From positions 3,040,001 to 3,104,000 of the forward strand of contig OZ252244.1 in the NCBI GenBank assembly GCA_965249575.1: a stretch of 64,000 bases of DNA, written 5' to 3'. Positions 20,660-30,026 of this stretch are shown here, piece by piece; position 1 is the stretch's first letter; every line of letters begins with the position of its first letter. Source of the stretch: Gemmatimonadales bacterium. Its GTDB lineage: Bacteria > Gemmatimonadota > Gemmatimonadetes > Gemmatimonadales > GWC2-71-9. Made by a program: the position numbers and the translations under genes. Under the pieces are notes generated by a model, which saw only the letters and a list, made by a program, of their open reading frames with translations, was not told the origin of the DNA and made no database searches.

Positions 20660-21982
20660 TTAACTGACCGGCGCCGGCGCCCCTTCGGGCCCGTTGTCCC
20701 AATCCTGCACCGAGGAGATGTTCGGCATTCCCCACTGGTGGCCGTTCCAGCCGTCGAAGCCGTCCATCTTGAGGGCCCAGAAGCCGGTGGAGATGTCGTT
20801 GATCACGATCAAACCGTCGGCGTTCCGGACATCGACACCGAAGGCGCCGTTGAAGACGTCGTTTCCGGTCCGTCCCTTGTTGTGGGGGCCGTCGTACGTG
20901 TCGTAGTATCCTACGGTATAGGGGTTGGTGGGATCCATCATGTTGAAGACTTGGAGCCCGTCCTCGTAGGCCGAGACGAACACGTACGGCCAGCGGACCT
21001 CGTGGTTGTGCGCCAGGTTCTTCCAGTCGGCGGTCCACGCGCCGATGGGGCGCGAAATGGTCCGGACCTCACCATCCAATCCCGGCTTCAGGTCGAACAG
21101 CCTGAGCGGCGCGTATTGGTACTCCGTCTCGGTCACGGCGTACCGCCCGTCGGGCGTAGGGGTGAACGTGTGTCCGTTGGCCACACCGGCGATTCCCGTA
21201 AGCGACGTGAGCAACTTGGCGCTCTCGGGCTGGGTCACGTCGTACACGTGGTATCCGCCGGAGCCGGCCCCGTAGAACTTGTCCTGTCTGGTTGCAGGAT
21301 CGTACGCGATGTAGAAGTCGTGGTATCCCCGGTTGGGGCGCAACGGGTTCGGTGGGACGGGGACCCGTGCGATCAGCCCCTGATCGCCGTCGCCGGCGAG
21401 GAACCGTTCCATGTCGTAGACGTTGGCTTGCGGCGCGCTCACAGTCGTGAACAGGAGCACCCGGCCGTCGGAGTGCTTGTACGCAAAGATGTTGTGGAAT
21501 CCGCCCGGGGTGGCCGGGGCGCGGATTCGCCCAGCCTCTTCGATTCTCGACGTGTCCGGTAGGCTGGTGACGTCGAATACGATCCCTCCCAGGTCGGCGT
21601 CGGGTCCGCCAGATTGGAACTGGACTGATTGCACGTAGTAGTATCGACCGCGGGTCTTGAAGTACTTCCCGTCCATCATACCGGCGCCCTGGTGGAGGTC
21701 CGGGTTCTCGATCAACCAGCTGTAAATGACCTCGGCGTCGGTCGGTTCCTTGACGCTGAGGATATGAAATGCAGGAGGAGTGTTGTACGCCGATGCGTAT
21801 ACGTACGGACGGGACAGCTCCTCCTCGATCTCGATATCCGTCGCGTGAAAGAGCCCGCCATGCGGCACGTGCGAGAGGATCTTCACGTTGGATGAGCCCT
21901 GCTGGCCGGGCGGATACTGCGCGGCAGCGGGGGTTGCTAGCAGGATTCCGAGTCCAAACCCGAATAGGGATCGCCCGTACAT
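20660..21982 (-). CDS. Secreted LVIVD-like beta-propeller, array copy P8
   Basis: Same motif set; signal ...PAAA|Q; GAGGTG RBS. Confidence 0.88.
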   Translation of the reverse strand: MYGRSLFGFGLGILLATPAAAQYPPGQQGSSNVKILSHVPHGGLFHATDIEIEEELSRPYVYASAYNTPPAFHILSVKEPTDAEVIYSWLIENPDLHQGAGMMDGKYFKTRGRYYYVQSVQFQSGGPDADLGGIVFDVTSLPDTSRIEEAGRIRAPATPGGFHNIFAYKHSDGRVLLFTTVSAPQANVYDMERFLAGDGDQGLIARVPVPPNPLRPNRGYHDFYIAYDPATRQDKFYGAGSGGYHVYDVTQPESAKLLTSLTGIAGVANGHTFTPTPDGRYAVTETEYQYAPLRLFDLKPGLDGEVRTISRPIGAWTADWKNLAHNHEVRWPYVFVSAYEDGLQVFNMMDPTNPYTVGYYDTYDGPHNKGRTGNDVFNGAFGVDVRNADGLIVINDISTGFWALKMDGFDGWNGHQWGMPNISSVQDWDNGPEGAPAPVS

Positions 21983-22001
21983 TCTGTCACCTCACGGCAG
22001 T

Positions 22002-22164
22002 GTGAGTGGTGAGTAGTGAGTTGTAATCCGTGAGTGGTGACGGCATCAATGTGGTGTTGTCTTCCACACACTGACCTGCGCCGCATCCGGTGGCCAGCTC
22101 TCTGTCGGAGACGTTGCCGCTTCCAAATGGCTCCCACTCACCACTTACGACTCACCACTCACTC
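22002..22164. repeat. Inverted pair of GTGAGTN / NACTCAC heptamer tracts
   Basis: GTGAGTG GTGAGTA GTGAGTT (from 22002) versus CACTCAC CACTTAC GACTCAC CACTCAC (from 22135). Confidence 0.8.
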
Positions 22165-22170
22165 GTCCTT

Positions 22171-23520
22171 CTAGCTAACCTGCGCCGGCGCACCTTCCGG
22201 CCCGTTATCCCAGTCCTGCGCCGACGAGACGTTCGGCATGCCCCACTGGTGGCCGTTCCAGCCGTCGAACCCGTCCATCTTGAACGCCCAAAAACCGGTC
22301 CGGAAATCCTCGATGACGATCAGGCCGTCGGCGTTTCTCACGTCAATGCCGAATGCGCCGTTGCAGACCATGTCTCCGCACATGCCGACTTCGTTCGGGC
22401 CGTCGTAGGTATCGTAAAACCCTACAGTGTAAGGGTTTGTGGGGTCCATCATGTTGAAGACCTGGAGCCCGTCCTCATAGTGTGACACGAAGACGTACGG
22501 CCAGCGCACCTCGTGATTGTGTGCCAATCCCTGCCACCGGGCCGTCCACGCCCCGATGGGCCGAGAGATCGTCTTGACCTCGCCGTCGAGCCCCGGCTTC
22601 AGGTCGAAGATCCGGAGCGGCGCGTACTGGTACTCGGTTTCTGCGACGGCGTATCGTCCGTCCGGGGTGGGGGTAAAGGTGTGGCCGTTTTGTACGCCGG
22701 CGGCACCCGTAATCGAAGTGAGGAGCTTGGGCTCCTCAGGGGTCGAGATGTCGAAGATGTGATATCCGCCCGAACCCGGACCGTAGAACCTGTCCTGCCG
22801 CGTAGCCGGATCGTAGGCGACGTAGAAGTCGTGGTAGCCGCGCCCGGGACGGCCGAATGGCGTTTCCGGGACGGGAACGCCACCGATCAGCCCCTGGGTG
22901 GGGTCGCCACTCAGGAACTTGTCCATGTCGTAAATGTTCGCCCGCGGGGCTTGCACGGTCGTGAACAACAGTACTCGCCCGTCGGAGTGCTTGTAGGCGA
23001 AGATGTTGTGGAAGCCGCCTGGCAGCGATGGCTCGCGAATCCGCCCGACCTCCTTGACCGTCGACGCGTCGGGAAGGCCCGTCACGTCAAAGACGACCGC
23101 CCCCACGTCGGCGTCGGGTCCGCTCTGTCCGAACTGGAAGGACTGCACGTCGTAGTACCGGCCCTTGAGCTTGAAGTACTTGTTATCCATCCCGCCGCGG
23201 CCCTGGTGCAGGTCGATGTCGTCGATACGCCAGGAGTAGATCACCTCGGCCTTCGAGGGGTCCTTGACGCTGATGATATCGACTCCGCCCACGCCCGCCA
23301 TTCTGGAGGTATAGACGTACGGGCGTGACAGCTCCTGCTCGATCTCGATGTCCGAGCTGCTGAACTCCCCGCCCAGCGGAATGTGGGAGAGCACGTGCAC
23401 GTTGCGGCTGTAGTGCTCGCCCGGCGGCGCGTGCTGGGCCACGCCAATCGCGGGACCAGCCGCGAGAAAGAGGACGGCAAGGCTGAGCGCCGCCAGCGGA
23501 GCTGACTGTCGGTGTGTCAT
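22171..23520 (-). CDS. Secreted LVIVD-like beta-propeller, array copy P7
   Basis: Same motif set; start MTHRQ at 23520; CxxxxC in the last variable loop. Confidence 0.86.
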   Translation of the reverse strand: MTHRQSAPLAALSLAVLFLAAGPAIGVAQHAPPGEHYSRNVHVLSHIPLGGEFSSSDIEIEQELSRPYVYTSRMAGVGGVDIISVKDPSKAEVIYSWRIDDIDLHQGRGGMDNKYFKLKGRYYDVQSFQFGQSGPDADVGAVVFDVTGLPDASTVKEVGRIREPSLPGGFHNIFAYKHSDGRVLLFTTVQAPRANIYDMDKFLSGDPTQGLIGGVPVPETPFGRPGRGYHDFYVAYDPATRQDRFYGPGSGGYHIFDISTPEEPKLLTSITGAAGVQNGHTFTPTPDGRYAVAETEYQYAPLRIFDLKPGLDGEVKTISRPIGAWTARWQGLAHNHEVRWPYVFVSHYEDGLQVFNMMDPTNPYTVGFYDTYDGPNEVGMCGDMVCNGAFGIDVRNADGLIVIEDFRTGFWAFKMDGFDGWNGHQWGMPNVSSAQDWDNGPEGAPAQVS

Positions 23521-23669
23521 GCGGACCCTCGTTGTGTCGGTTTGGTTGAGACGGCCCCACAGATCGGGCCCGAGTGCCCTGAAATGTGGGGGCCGGTCGG
23601 GACCACGGCAAGGAGGTCGTGCCCGTCCTCGACCTGACCGCGATGGGTGAGTAGTCTGCCCCCACCGTC

Positions 23670-23769
23670 CCCTACCGAGTGTGAGGAGTGAGGAGGCGGC
23701 GCCGCATTTCGTCCCGCGGTCGTGGTGGGGAAGGACGCCTCCTTCCCGCTCACTCCTCACTCGGTAGGG
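23670..23769. repeat. Intergenic inverted repeat (CCGAGTGAGGAGT type)
   Basis: CCCTACCGAGTGTGAGGAGTGAG versus CTCACTCCTCACTCGGTAGGG. Confidence 0.85.
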
Positions 23770-23792
23770 AGGGGTGAGGAAGGCCCTGCCGT

Positions 23793-25172
23793 TCAGCTCA
23801 CGCGCGCTGGAGGCGGCGCCCCATCCGGTCCGTTATCCCAGTCCTGCGCCGAGGAGACGTTGGGCATGCCCCACTGATGCCCGTTCCAGCCGTCGAAGCC
23901 GTCCATCTTGAACGTCCAGAACCCCGTCGTGAAGTCGCTGATGACGATCAGACCGTCGGCATTCCTGACATCGACGCCGAATGCCCCGTTGAACACCGTG
24001 TTGCCGGCGCCGCTCGAGCGGGCGCCCCCCCAACCTTCGTTAGTCAGCATGCCGAAGCCGCGCTGGTCGGGCCCGTCATAGGTGTCGTAGGAGCCCACCG
24101 TGTAGGGATTCGTCGGATCCATCATGTTGAAGACGTGGAGGCCGTCCTCGTATGCCGATACGAACACGTACGGCCAGCGGACTTCGTGGTTGTGGGCCAG
24201 TCCCTGCCAGCGGGCCGTCCACGCGCCAATCGGGCGGGAGATGGTCTGGACCTCGCCGTCCAGGCCTGGCTTGAGATCGAAGATCCGGAGTGGCGCATAC
24301 TGATACTCCAACTCGCCTATTGCGTACCGACCGTCGGGGGTCGGTGTGAAGGTGTGCGCAGCTTCGAGCCCTGCCGCGCCGGAGATGGACGTGAGGAGCT
24401 TCGGCTCCTCGGGCTGCGTGACGTCGTAGACGTAGAACGCTGAGTAGCTGGGACCGTAGAACTTGTCCTGTCGCGTTGCCGGGTCGTAGCCCACGTACAT
24501 ATCGTGGTAGCCCCGCAGCATGCCGTACGTGCTCGGTGCCGGGTCCGATCCGGGGACCCGCCCCACGAGGCCCTGCCGGCCATCACCGGCCAGGAACCTC
24601 TCCATGTCGTACACGTTGGCGTGGGTCGTCGAGCTGGTCGTGAACAAGAGGACGCGCCCGCTGGAGTGCTTGTACGCGAAGATGTTGTGGCACCCGCCGG
24701 GGGTGTCGGGGGCACGAATCCGGCCTACCTCTTTGACCGTGCCGGCGTCCGGAAGGCCCGTCACATCGAACACCACACCGCAGAGGTCCGCATCCGGACC
24801 GGCGGGCGAGAACTGCGTCGACTGCACGTCGTAGTACCTGCTGTTGAGCTTGAAGTACTTGTTGTCCATCCCACCCGTGCCGACGTGCAGCTCGGCATCT
24901 TCGATCCGCCATGAGTAGATGACCTCGGGCCGCGACGGCTCGTTCAGATTGATGATGTCCATCCCGTGGATCACCATCCGGGACTGATACGCGTACGGCC
25001 GCGACAGCTCCTGCTCGATCTCGACGTCCGAGGTGCTGAACGCCTGCCCCATCGGCAGGTGAGAGACGATGTGGATGTTCCGACTCCCCTGCTCGCCGGG
25101 TGGATGCTGGGAAAAGGCGGGGGTCGCCAGCGGGATTGCCAGCGCGACCAAGGGAATGAATCGCCGGTTCAT
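23793..25172 (-). CDS. Secreted LVIVD-like beta-propeller, array copy P6
   Basis: Same motif set; signal ...PAFS|Q; longest final loop; unique Cys pair (DLCG, GGCHN). Confidence 0.88.
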   Translation of the reverse strand: MNRRFIPLVALAIPLATPAFSQHPPGEQGSRNIHIVSHLPMGQAFSTSDVEIEQELSRPYAYQSRMVIHGMDIINLNEPSRPEVIYSWRIEDAELHVGTGGMDNKYFKLNSRYYDVQSTQFSPAGPDADLCGVVFDVTGLPDAGTVKEVGRIRAPDTPGGCHNIFAYKHSSGRVLLFTTSSTTHANVYDMERFLAGDGRQGLVGRVPGSDPAPSTYGMLRGYHDMYVGYDPATRQDKFYGPSYSAFYVYDVTQPEEPKLLTSISGAAGLEAAHTFTPTPDGRYAIGELEYQYAPLRIFDLKPGLDGEVQTISRPIGAWTARWQGLAHNHEVRWPYVFVSAYEDGLHVFNMMDPTNPYTVGSYDTYDGPDQRGFGMLTNEGWGGARSSGAGNTVFNGAFGVDVRNADGLIVISDFTTGFWTFKMDGFDGWNGHQWGMPNVSSAQDWDNGPDGAPPPARVS

Positions 25173-25185
25173 TTGAGCTCCAGAA

Positions 25186-25280
25186 GGTGAGTGGTGAGTC
25201 GTGAGTAGTTGTGTGGTAGGTAGTGTGATCGCGCCGTGGCTCGTGACCGCCTACCCACCACTCACGACTCACTACTCACC
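25186..25280. repeat. Inverted pair of heptamer tracts forming a long hairpin
   Basis: GGTGAGTGGTGAGTCGTGAGTAG versus CCACTCACGACTCACTACTCACC. Confidence 0.85.
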
Positions 25281-25283
25281 TCT

Positions 25284-25510
25284 TCACTGTCCTGCGCTAA
25301 CCTGTGTGGGCTTCGGCGCCTTCTGGATTCCCGCCGCACCGATCACCGTTGTTCGATCTCGAGATCGTTGGCGTTGAAGGAACCGCCGACGGGGATATGA
25401 GCAACGATCTCCATGTTCGAGCTCCCCTGGTGCCCGGGAGGGCGCTGGGCGAGGACTGGTGGTGCCAGTAGAAGCCCAAGCCCTACCAACCAAACGACTC
25501 GCCCGTTCAT
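25284..25510 (-). pseudogene. Internally deleted propeller copy P5 (signal peptide and first strand joined to the C-terminal tail)
   Basis: MNGRVVWLVGLGLLLAPPVLAQRPPGHQGSSNMEIVAHIPVGGSFNANDLEIEQ is followed within about 30 nt by PEGA / APKPTQVSAGQ*, the family C-terminus. Confidence 0.8.
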
Positions 25511-25555
25511 ACGTGTCTCCTCAATAGTGAGACGTCCACACACCGCCCCACCCCG

Positions 25556-25635
25556 CCGAGTGAGGAGTAAGGAGGTTCACCTAGTCCTCGCCTCTACGCG
25601 GTGGGGTGGGGTTGGCCTCCTCACGACTCACTCGG
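25556..25635. repeat. Intergenic inverted repeat (CCGAGTGAGGAGTAAGGAGG type)
   Basis: Left arm 25556-25575; right arm CCTCCTCACGACTCACTCGG at 25616-25635. Confidence 0.85.
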
Positions 25636-25660
25636 TGGTGCGGAGGAGGGAGGGGTCTCC

Positions 25661-27079
25661 TTACTCCAGCGCGCTGACGCGCGCTGGCTGCGGCGCCCCG
25701 TCAGGCCCGTTATCCCAATCCTGTGCGGAGGACACGTCCGGCATCCCCCACTGATGTCCGTTCCACCCGTCGAAGCCGTCCATTTCGAGTGCCCAAAAGC
25801 CGAACGTTCCGTCACCGATCACTATCAGGCCATCGGCGTTCCGAACGTCGATGCCCCACGCCCCGCCGGTGGATCGGCCGGGCGAGCGGCTGCCGTGGGG
25901 GCCGTCGAAGGTATCGTAGTAGCCAACGGTGTACAGATTCGTGGGATCCATCATGTTGAAGACCTGGAGTCCGTCCTCGTAGTTGGACACGAAGACGTAC
26001 GGCCACCGTACCTCCATGTTGTGGGCCTTGTGCTCCCAGTTCGCGATCCACGCTCCGATGGGGCGGTTGACGTTCTTTATCTCGCCGTCGAGCGCGGGCT
26101 TGAGGTCGAATACCCGCAGCGGTTGATACTCTCCGCCCGACCGGGTCAGGGCGTACCGTCCGTCTGGCGTCGGCACGAAGGTGTGGGTCCCGTGTTGGCC
26201 AGGGAAGCCCATTACCGAGGCCAAGAGCACCGGGCTCGACGGGTCGGAGACATCGTAGACGTAGTTCCCGCCAAGCGGGGTGACCTCAGGGCCGCCACCG
26301 TAGAACTTGTCCTGATGCGTCGACGGGTCGTAGCCAACGAACATGTCGTGGTAGCCATCCGCGGCGCCCCGCGGCTCTGGCAGCGGCACACGACCAACCA
26401 ACCCGTGACTCGGTGCGCCTGACAGGAAGGCTCCCATGTCGTAGATGTTCGCCCCGTGCGGCGCCGTAGGTGGCGCCCGGACGGTCGCGAAAAGCAGAGC
26501 CCGTCGGTCCGAGTGCTTGTACATGAAAACGTTGTGGAATCCGCCTGGCGTGTCCGGCGTGCGGATGCGGCCGACCTCGCGAATGGTGGTCGTATCGGGG
26601 AGTCCGGTGACGTCAAACACGATGGCGCCAAGGTCGTGGTCCGGTCCCGATCTTCGGAACGCCACCGCCTGCACGTAGTAATAGCGCCCGTTCAGCTTGA
26701 AGTACTTGCCGTCGTCCGCGCCCCATCCCTCATGGATGCTGGGGTCCTCGATACGCCAGCGGTAGATGATCTGCGCCTTCCCGGGATCCTTGACGCTGAT
26801 GACGTCGAATCCGCTCGGTTTCCACTTGAGAGACGCATATACGTACGGTCGCGACAGCTCCTGCTCGATCTCGATGTCGGTGGTGCGAGCAAACCCCATG
26901 AGCGGGATGTGGGACAACACCCTGACGTTCCGGCTCCCGTGCTCGCCCGGTGGGCGAGGCACAGTTGGGTCCGCGTTTGGCGCGTGTGGCCCCGGCCGGC
27001 TGGGGTCCGTCTGCGAAGCGAGAGTGCGAGCCGCCAGCAAGACCCCCAAGCCAAGCAGGCAGATGATTCGCCCGCTCCC
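25661..27079 (-). CDS. Secreted LVIVD-like beta-propeller, array copy P4 (start codon uncertain)
   Basis: Same motif set. The signal region SGRIICLLGLGVLLAA matches the siblings, but the nearest GTG (27081) is out of frame. Confidence 0.8.
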   Translation of the reverse strand, partial: GSGRIICLLGLGVLLAARTLASQTDPSRPGPHAPNADPTVPRPPGEHGSRNVRVLSHIPLMGFARTTDIEIEQELSRPYVYASLKWKPSGFDVISVKDPGKAQIIYRWRIEDPSIHEGWGADDGKYFKLNGRYYYVQAVAFRRSGPDHDLGAIVFDVTGLPDTTTIREVGRIRTPDTPGGFHNVFMYKHSDRRALLFATVRAPPTAPHGANIYDMGAFLSGAPSHGLVGRVPLPEPRGAADGYHDMFVGYDPSTHQDKFYGGGPEVTPLGGNYVYDVSDPSSPVLLASVMGFPGQHGTHTFVPTPDGRYALTRSGGEYQPLRVFDLKPALDGEIKNVNRPIGAWIANWEHKAHNMEVRWPYVFVSNYEDGLQVFNMMDPTNLYTVGYYDTFDGPHGSRSPGRSTGGAWGIDVRNADGLIVIGDGTFGFWALEMDGFDGWNGHQWGMPDVSSAQDWDNGPDGAPQPARVSALE

Positions 27080-27113
27080 ACGAGTGACAAGTCCGCCCCC
27101 CTCCCTTACCCAG

Positions 27114-27191
27114 CCGAGTGAGGAGTAAGGAGGTCCCCCCGCGTCCCGTCCGTGGTTGGGGTGGGGGGTGACCTCCTCACTCCTTGCTCGG
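27114..27191. repeat. Intergenic inverted repeat (CCGAGTGAGGAGTAAGGAGG type)
   Basis: Left arm identical to 25556-25575; right arm CCTCCTCACTCCTTGCTCGG at 27172-27191. Confidence 0.85.
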
Positions 27192-27216
27192 TGAAGGGGG
27201 AGGGGGAAGGGCCCCC

Positions 27217-28533
27217 TCACTGTCTCACGCTGACCTGCGCTGGCGCCGCCCCGCCCGGCCCGTTGTCCCAATCCTGTACGCTCGAGATGTTCGGCATCCC
27301 CCATTGATGTCCGTTCCAACCGTCGAACCCGTCCATCTTGAGTGCCCAGAACCCCGTGGTCATATCGCCCGTCACGATCAACCCGTCGGCGTTGCGGACG
27401 TCGATGCCGAACGAGCCGTTGTACACGCTGTTCCGTGGCCCGCGCTCGTGCGGCCCGCCGTAGGTGTCGTAGAACCCCACCGTGTACGGGTTGGTCGGGT
27501 CCATCATGTTGAAGACCTGGACGCCGTCCTCATAGGCGGAGACGAAGACGTAGGGCCAGCGGACCTCATGGTTGTGCGGAAGGCCCTTCCAGCGGGCCGT
27601 CCAGGCGCCGATCGGCCGGGAGATGGTCTCGACCTCGCCGTCGAGGGCTGGCTTCAAGTCGATGATTCGCAGGGGAGCGTACTGGTATTCCGATTCCAGG
27701 ATGGCGTAGCGGCCGTCCGGGGTCGGGGTGAACGTGTGTCCGCCACTCATCCCAGCCACCCCTGTGGCCGAGGCGATGAGCTTGGGCGCGGTGATGTCCG
27801 TGACGTCGTAGACGAAGAAGCCTCCGCCCCCGGGGCCGTAGAACTTGTCCTGCCGCGTCGCCGGATCGTATCCCACGTAGTAATCGTGGTAGCCGCGCCC
27901 GGTTTCCGTCGGATTGGGGACCGTCCCGACGAGGCCCTGCCGCGGGTCTCCGGCCAGAAACTTCTCCAGGTCGTAGACCTTCGCGTGCGGTGCGCTGGTC
28001 GTCGCAAACAGCAGTGCCTGACCGTTGGAGTGCTTGTATGCGAAGATGTTGTGGAACCCACCTGGTGTGTCAGGAGCCCGGATGCGACCCACCTCGCGGA
28101 TCGTCGACACGTCGGGCAGGCCCGTCACGTCGAACACCACGGCGCCAAGGTCGACGTCTGGACCACCGGCCCGGAACTGGAACGACTCCGCGATGTAGTA
28201 CCGCCCGCCGAGCTTGAAGTACTTGATGTCGAGCGCTCGGCCCTGGTGCAGGTCCGGATTCTCGATGACCCACGAATGGATCTGCTTGACGTTGTCCAGG
28301 GCGCCCACGTCAAAGACGTAATACCCGAACGTCGCCCGTCCCGAGAGGTACACGTAGGGCCTGGATAGCTCCTGCTCGATCTCCAGATCGTTCGCGTTGA
28401 AGGAGCCGCCCGTCGGAATGTGGGCGACGATCTTCATGTTGGTACTACCTTGCTGTCCCGGTGGGTGCTGTGCGATAACCGGGAGCGCTAGCAGGATTCC
28501 GAAGCCGATCAAAGGGACGAACCGCCCGTTCAT
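27217..28533 (-). CDS. Secreted LVIVD-like beta-propeller, array copy P3
   Basis: AGGAG RBS; signal ...PVIA|Q; same motif set. Confidence 0.88.
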   Translation of the reverse strand: MNGRFVPLIGFGILLALPVIAQHPPGQQGSTNMKIVAHIPTGGSFNANDLEIEQELSRPYVYLSGRATFGYYVFDVGALDNVKQIHSWVIENPDLHQGRALDIKYFKLGGRYYIAESFQFRAGGPDVDLGAVVFDVTGLPDVSTIREVGRIRAPDTPGGFHNIFAYKHSNGQALLFATTSAPHAKVYDLEKFLAGDPRQGLVGTVPNPTETGRGYHDYYVGYDPATRQDKFYGPGGGGFFVYDVTDITAPKLIASATGVAGMSGGHTFTPTPDGRYAILESEYQYAPLRIIDLKPALDGEVETISRPIGAWTARWKGLPHNHEVRWPYVFVSAYEDGVQVFNMMDPTNPYTVGFYDTYGGPHERGPRNSVYNGSFGIDVRNADGLIVTGDMTTGFWALKMDGFDGWNGHQWGMPNISSVQDWDNGPGGAAPAQVSVRQ

Positions 28534-28552
28534 ACTCATCTCCTCTCTAAAC

Positions 28553-28622
28553 GTGAGAGGTGAGTGGTAGTAGTGAGTCGTAACCGCAGTCGCCACTCAC
28601 CACTTACTACTCACGACTCACC
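28553..28622. repeat. Inverted pair of heptamer tracts
   Basis: GTGAGAG GTGAGTG GTAGTA GTGAGTC versus CACTCAC CACTTAC TACTCAC GACTCAC. Confidence 0.8.
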
Positions 28623-29943
28623 GTTTCAAGCTCACCCTCGCCGGCGCCGGGGCGCCGTCGGGTCCATTGTCCCAGTCCTGTACGCTGGAAATGTTCGGCA
28701 TCCCCCACTGATGCCCGTTCCAGCCGTCGAACCCGTCCATTTTGAGAGCCCAGAACCCCGTGTACATGTCCGCCGTGACAATCAGGCCGTCGGCGTTCCG
28801 CACGTCGATACCGAAGGAGCCGGTGCACACCTTGCTACCGCAGAGCCCCGCCTCATGGGATCCGTCGTAGGTGTCGTAGTAGCCCACGGTGTAGGGATTC
28901 GTGGGGTCCATCATGTTGAACACGTGCACGCCGTCTTCGTAGGCCGACACGAAGACGTACGGCCACCGGACCTCGTGATTGTGAGGGAGCCCTTTCCAGC
29001 GAGCGGTCCAGGCGCCGATGGGCCGCGAGACGTTCTGGACCTCACCGTCGAGGGCTGGTTTCAAGTCGATGATCCGGAGTGGAGCGTACTGATATTCCGT
29101 CTCGAGCACCGCGTAGCGGCCGTCCGGGGTGGGAGTAAAGGTGTGACCGGACGTGATGCCGGCGATTCCCGTAGCGGACGCGAGCAAGTTGGGCTCCGCG
29201 ATGTCGGAAATGTCGTACACGTAGTAGCCACCCCGGCCAGCTCCGTAGAACTTGTCCTGTCTCGTCGCCGGATCGTACCCGACGAAAAAGTCGTGGTATC
29301 CCCGGCCAGTGCCGGACGGGTTCGGTATCGTAGCTACCAAACCGTCCTGCGGATCTCCAGCCAGGAGTCTCTCCATATCGTAGACCTTGGCGTGGGGCCC
29401 GCCCACCGTGGCGAACAGGAGGATCTGGCCGTTGGAGTGCTTGTAGGCGTAGATGTTGTGAAACCCGCCGGGGGTGTCGGCGGCCCGCACTCGGCCCACT
29501 TCACGTATCCCCGTCGTGTCTGGGAGGCCGGTGACGTCGAATACGATAGCCCCCAGCTCGACGTCGGGGCTGCCGGGACGAAACTGGAACGAGACGATGG
29601 TATAGTACCGCCCGCCTGTCTTGAAGTATTTGATGTCCAGCGACTTTCCGACGCGGTCCTCCCAGCCGTCCAGGGCCCAGGAGCAGATCACCTGCGCGTC
29701 GTCGAGGTCCTTGAGGCTGATGACGTGGAAGCCGTGCGTCGGCTCACGCCGCGAGACGTATACGTACGGGCGCGACAGCTCCTGCTCGACTTCCAGGTCG
29801 TTGGCGTTGTACGGCCCGCCCACGGGGATGTGAGCGACGATCTTCATGTTGGAGCTGCCCTGTTGTCCCGGCGTGTATTGCGCCAAGGCCGGCGGCGCCA
29901 GCAGGATTCCCAGGCCTATCAAGCAAGCGACTCGCCCCTTCAT
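28618..29943 (-). CDS. Secreted LVIVD-like beta-propeller, array copy P2
   Basis: AGGAG RBS; signal ...PALA|Q; CxxxxC in the last loop. Confidence 0.88.
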   Translation of the reverse strand: MKGRVACLIGLGILLAPPALAQYTPGQQGSSNMKIVAHIPVGGPYNANDLEVEQELSRPYVYVSRREPTHGFHVISLKDLDDAQVICSWALDGWEDRVGKSLDIKYFKTGGRYYTIVSFQFRPGSPDVELGAIVFDVTGLPDTTGIREVGRVRAADTPGGFHNIYAYKHSNGQILLFATVGGPHAKVYDMERLLAGDPQDGLVATIPNPSGTGRGYHDFFVGYDPATRQDKFYGAGRGGYYVYDISDIAEPNLLASATGIAGITSGHTFTPTPDGRYAVLETEYQYAPLRIIDLKPALDGEVQNVSRPIGAWTARWKGLPHNHEVRWPYVFVSAYEDGVHVFNMMDPTNPYTVGYYDTYDGSHEAGLCGSKVCTGSFGIDVRNADGLIVTADMYTGFWALKMDGFDGWNGHQWGMPNISSVQDWDNGPDGAPAPARVSLKR

Positions 29944-30026
29944 GCGTGACTCCTCTCAAAACGTAAGGAGGCCTCGCCGGTCCACTCCTCACTCGGTGGG
30001 GTGGTGTTGGAGGACGGGCCTGCCGT

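Noticed and set aside
27184..29949. Long plus-strand ORFs 27184..28368 and 28564..29949 (also 34583..36061+, 43906..45309-, 5218..6828-)
   Set aside because: Antisense shadows of GC-biased real genes, with no motifs.
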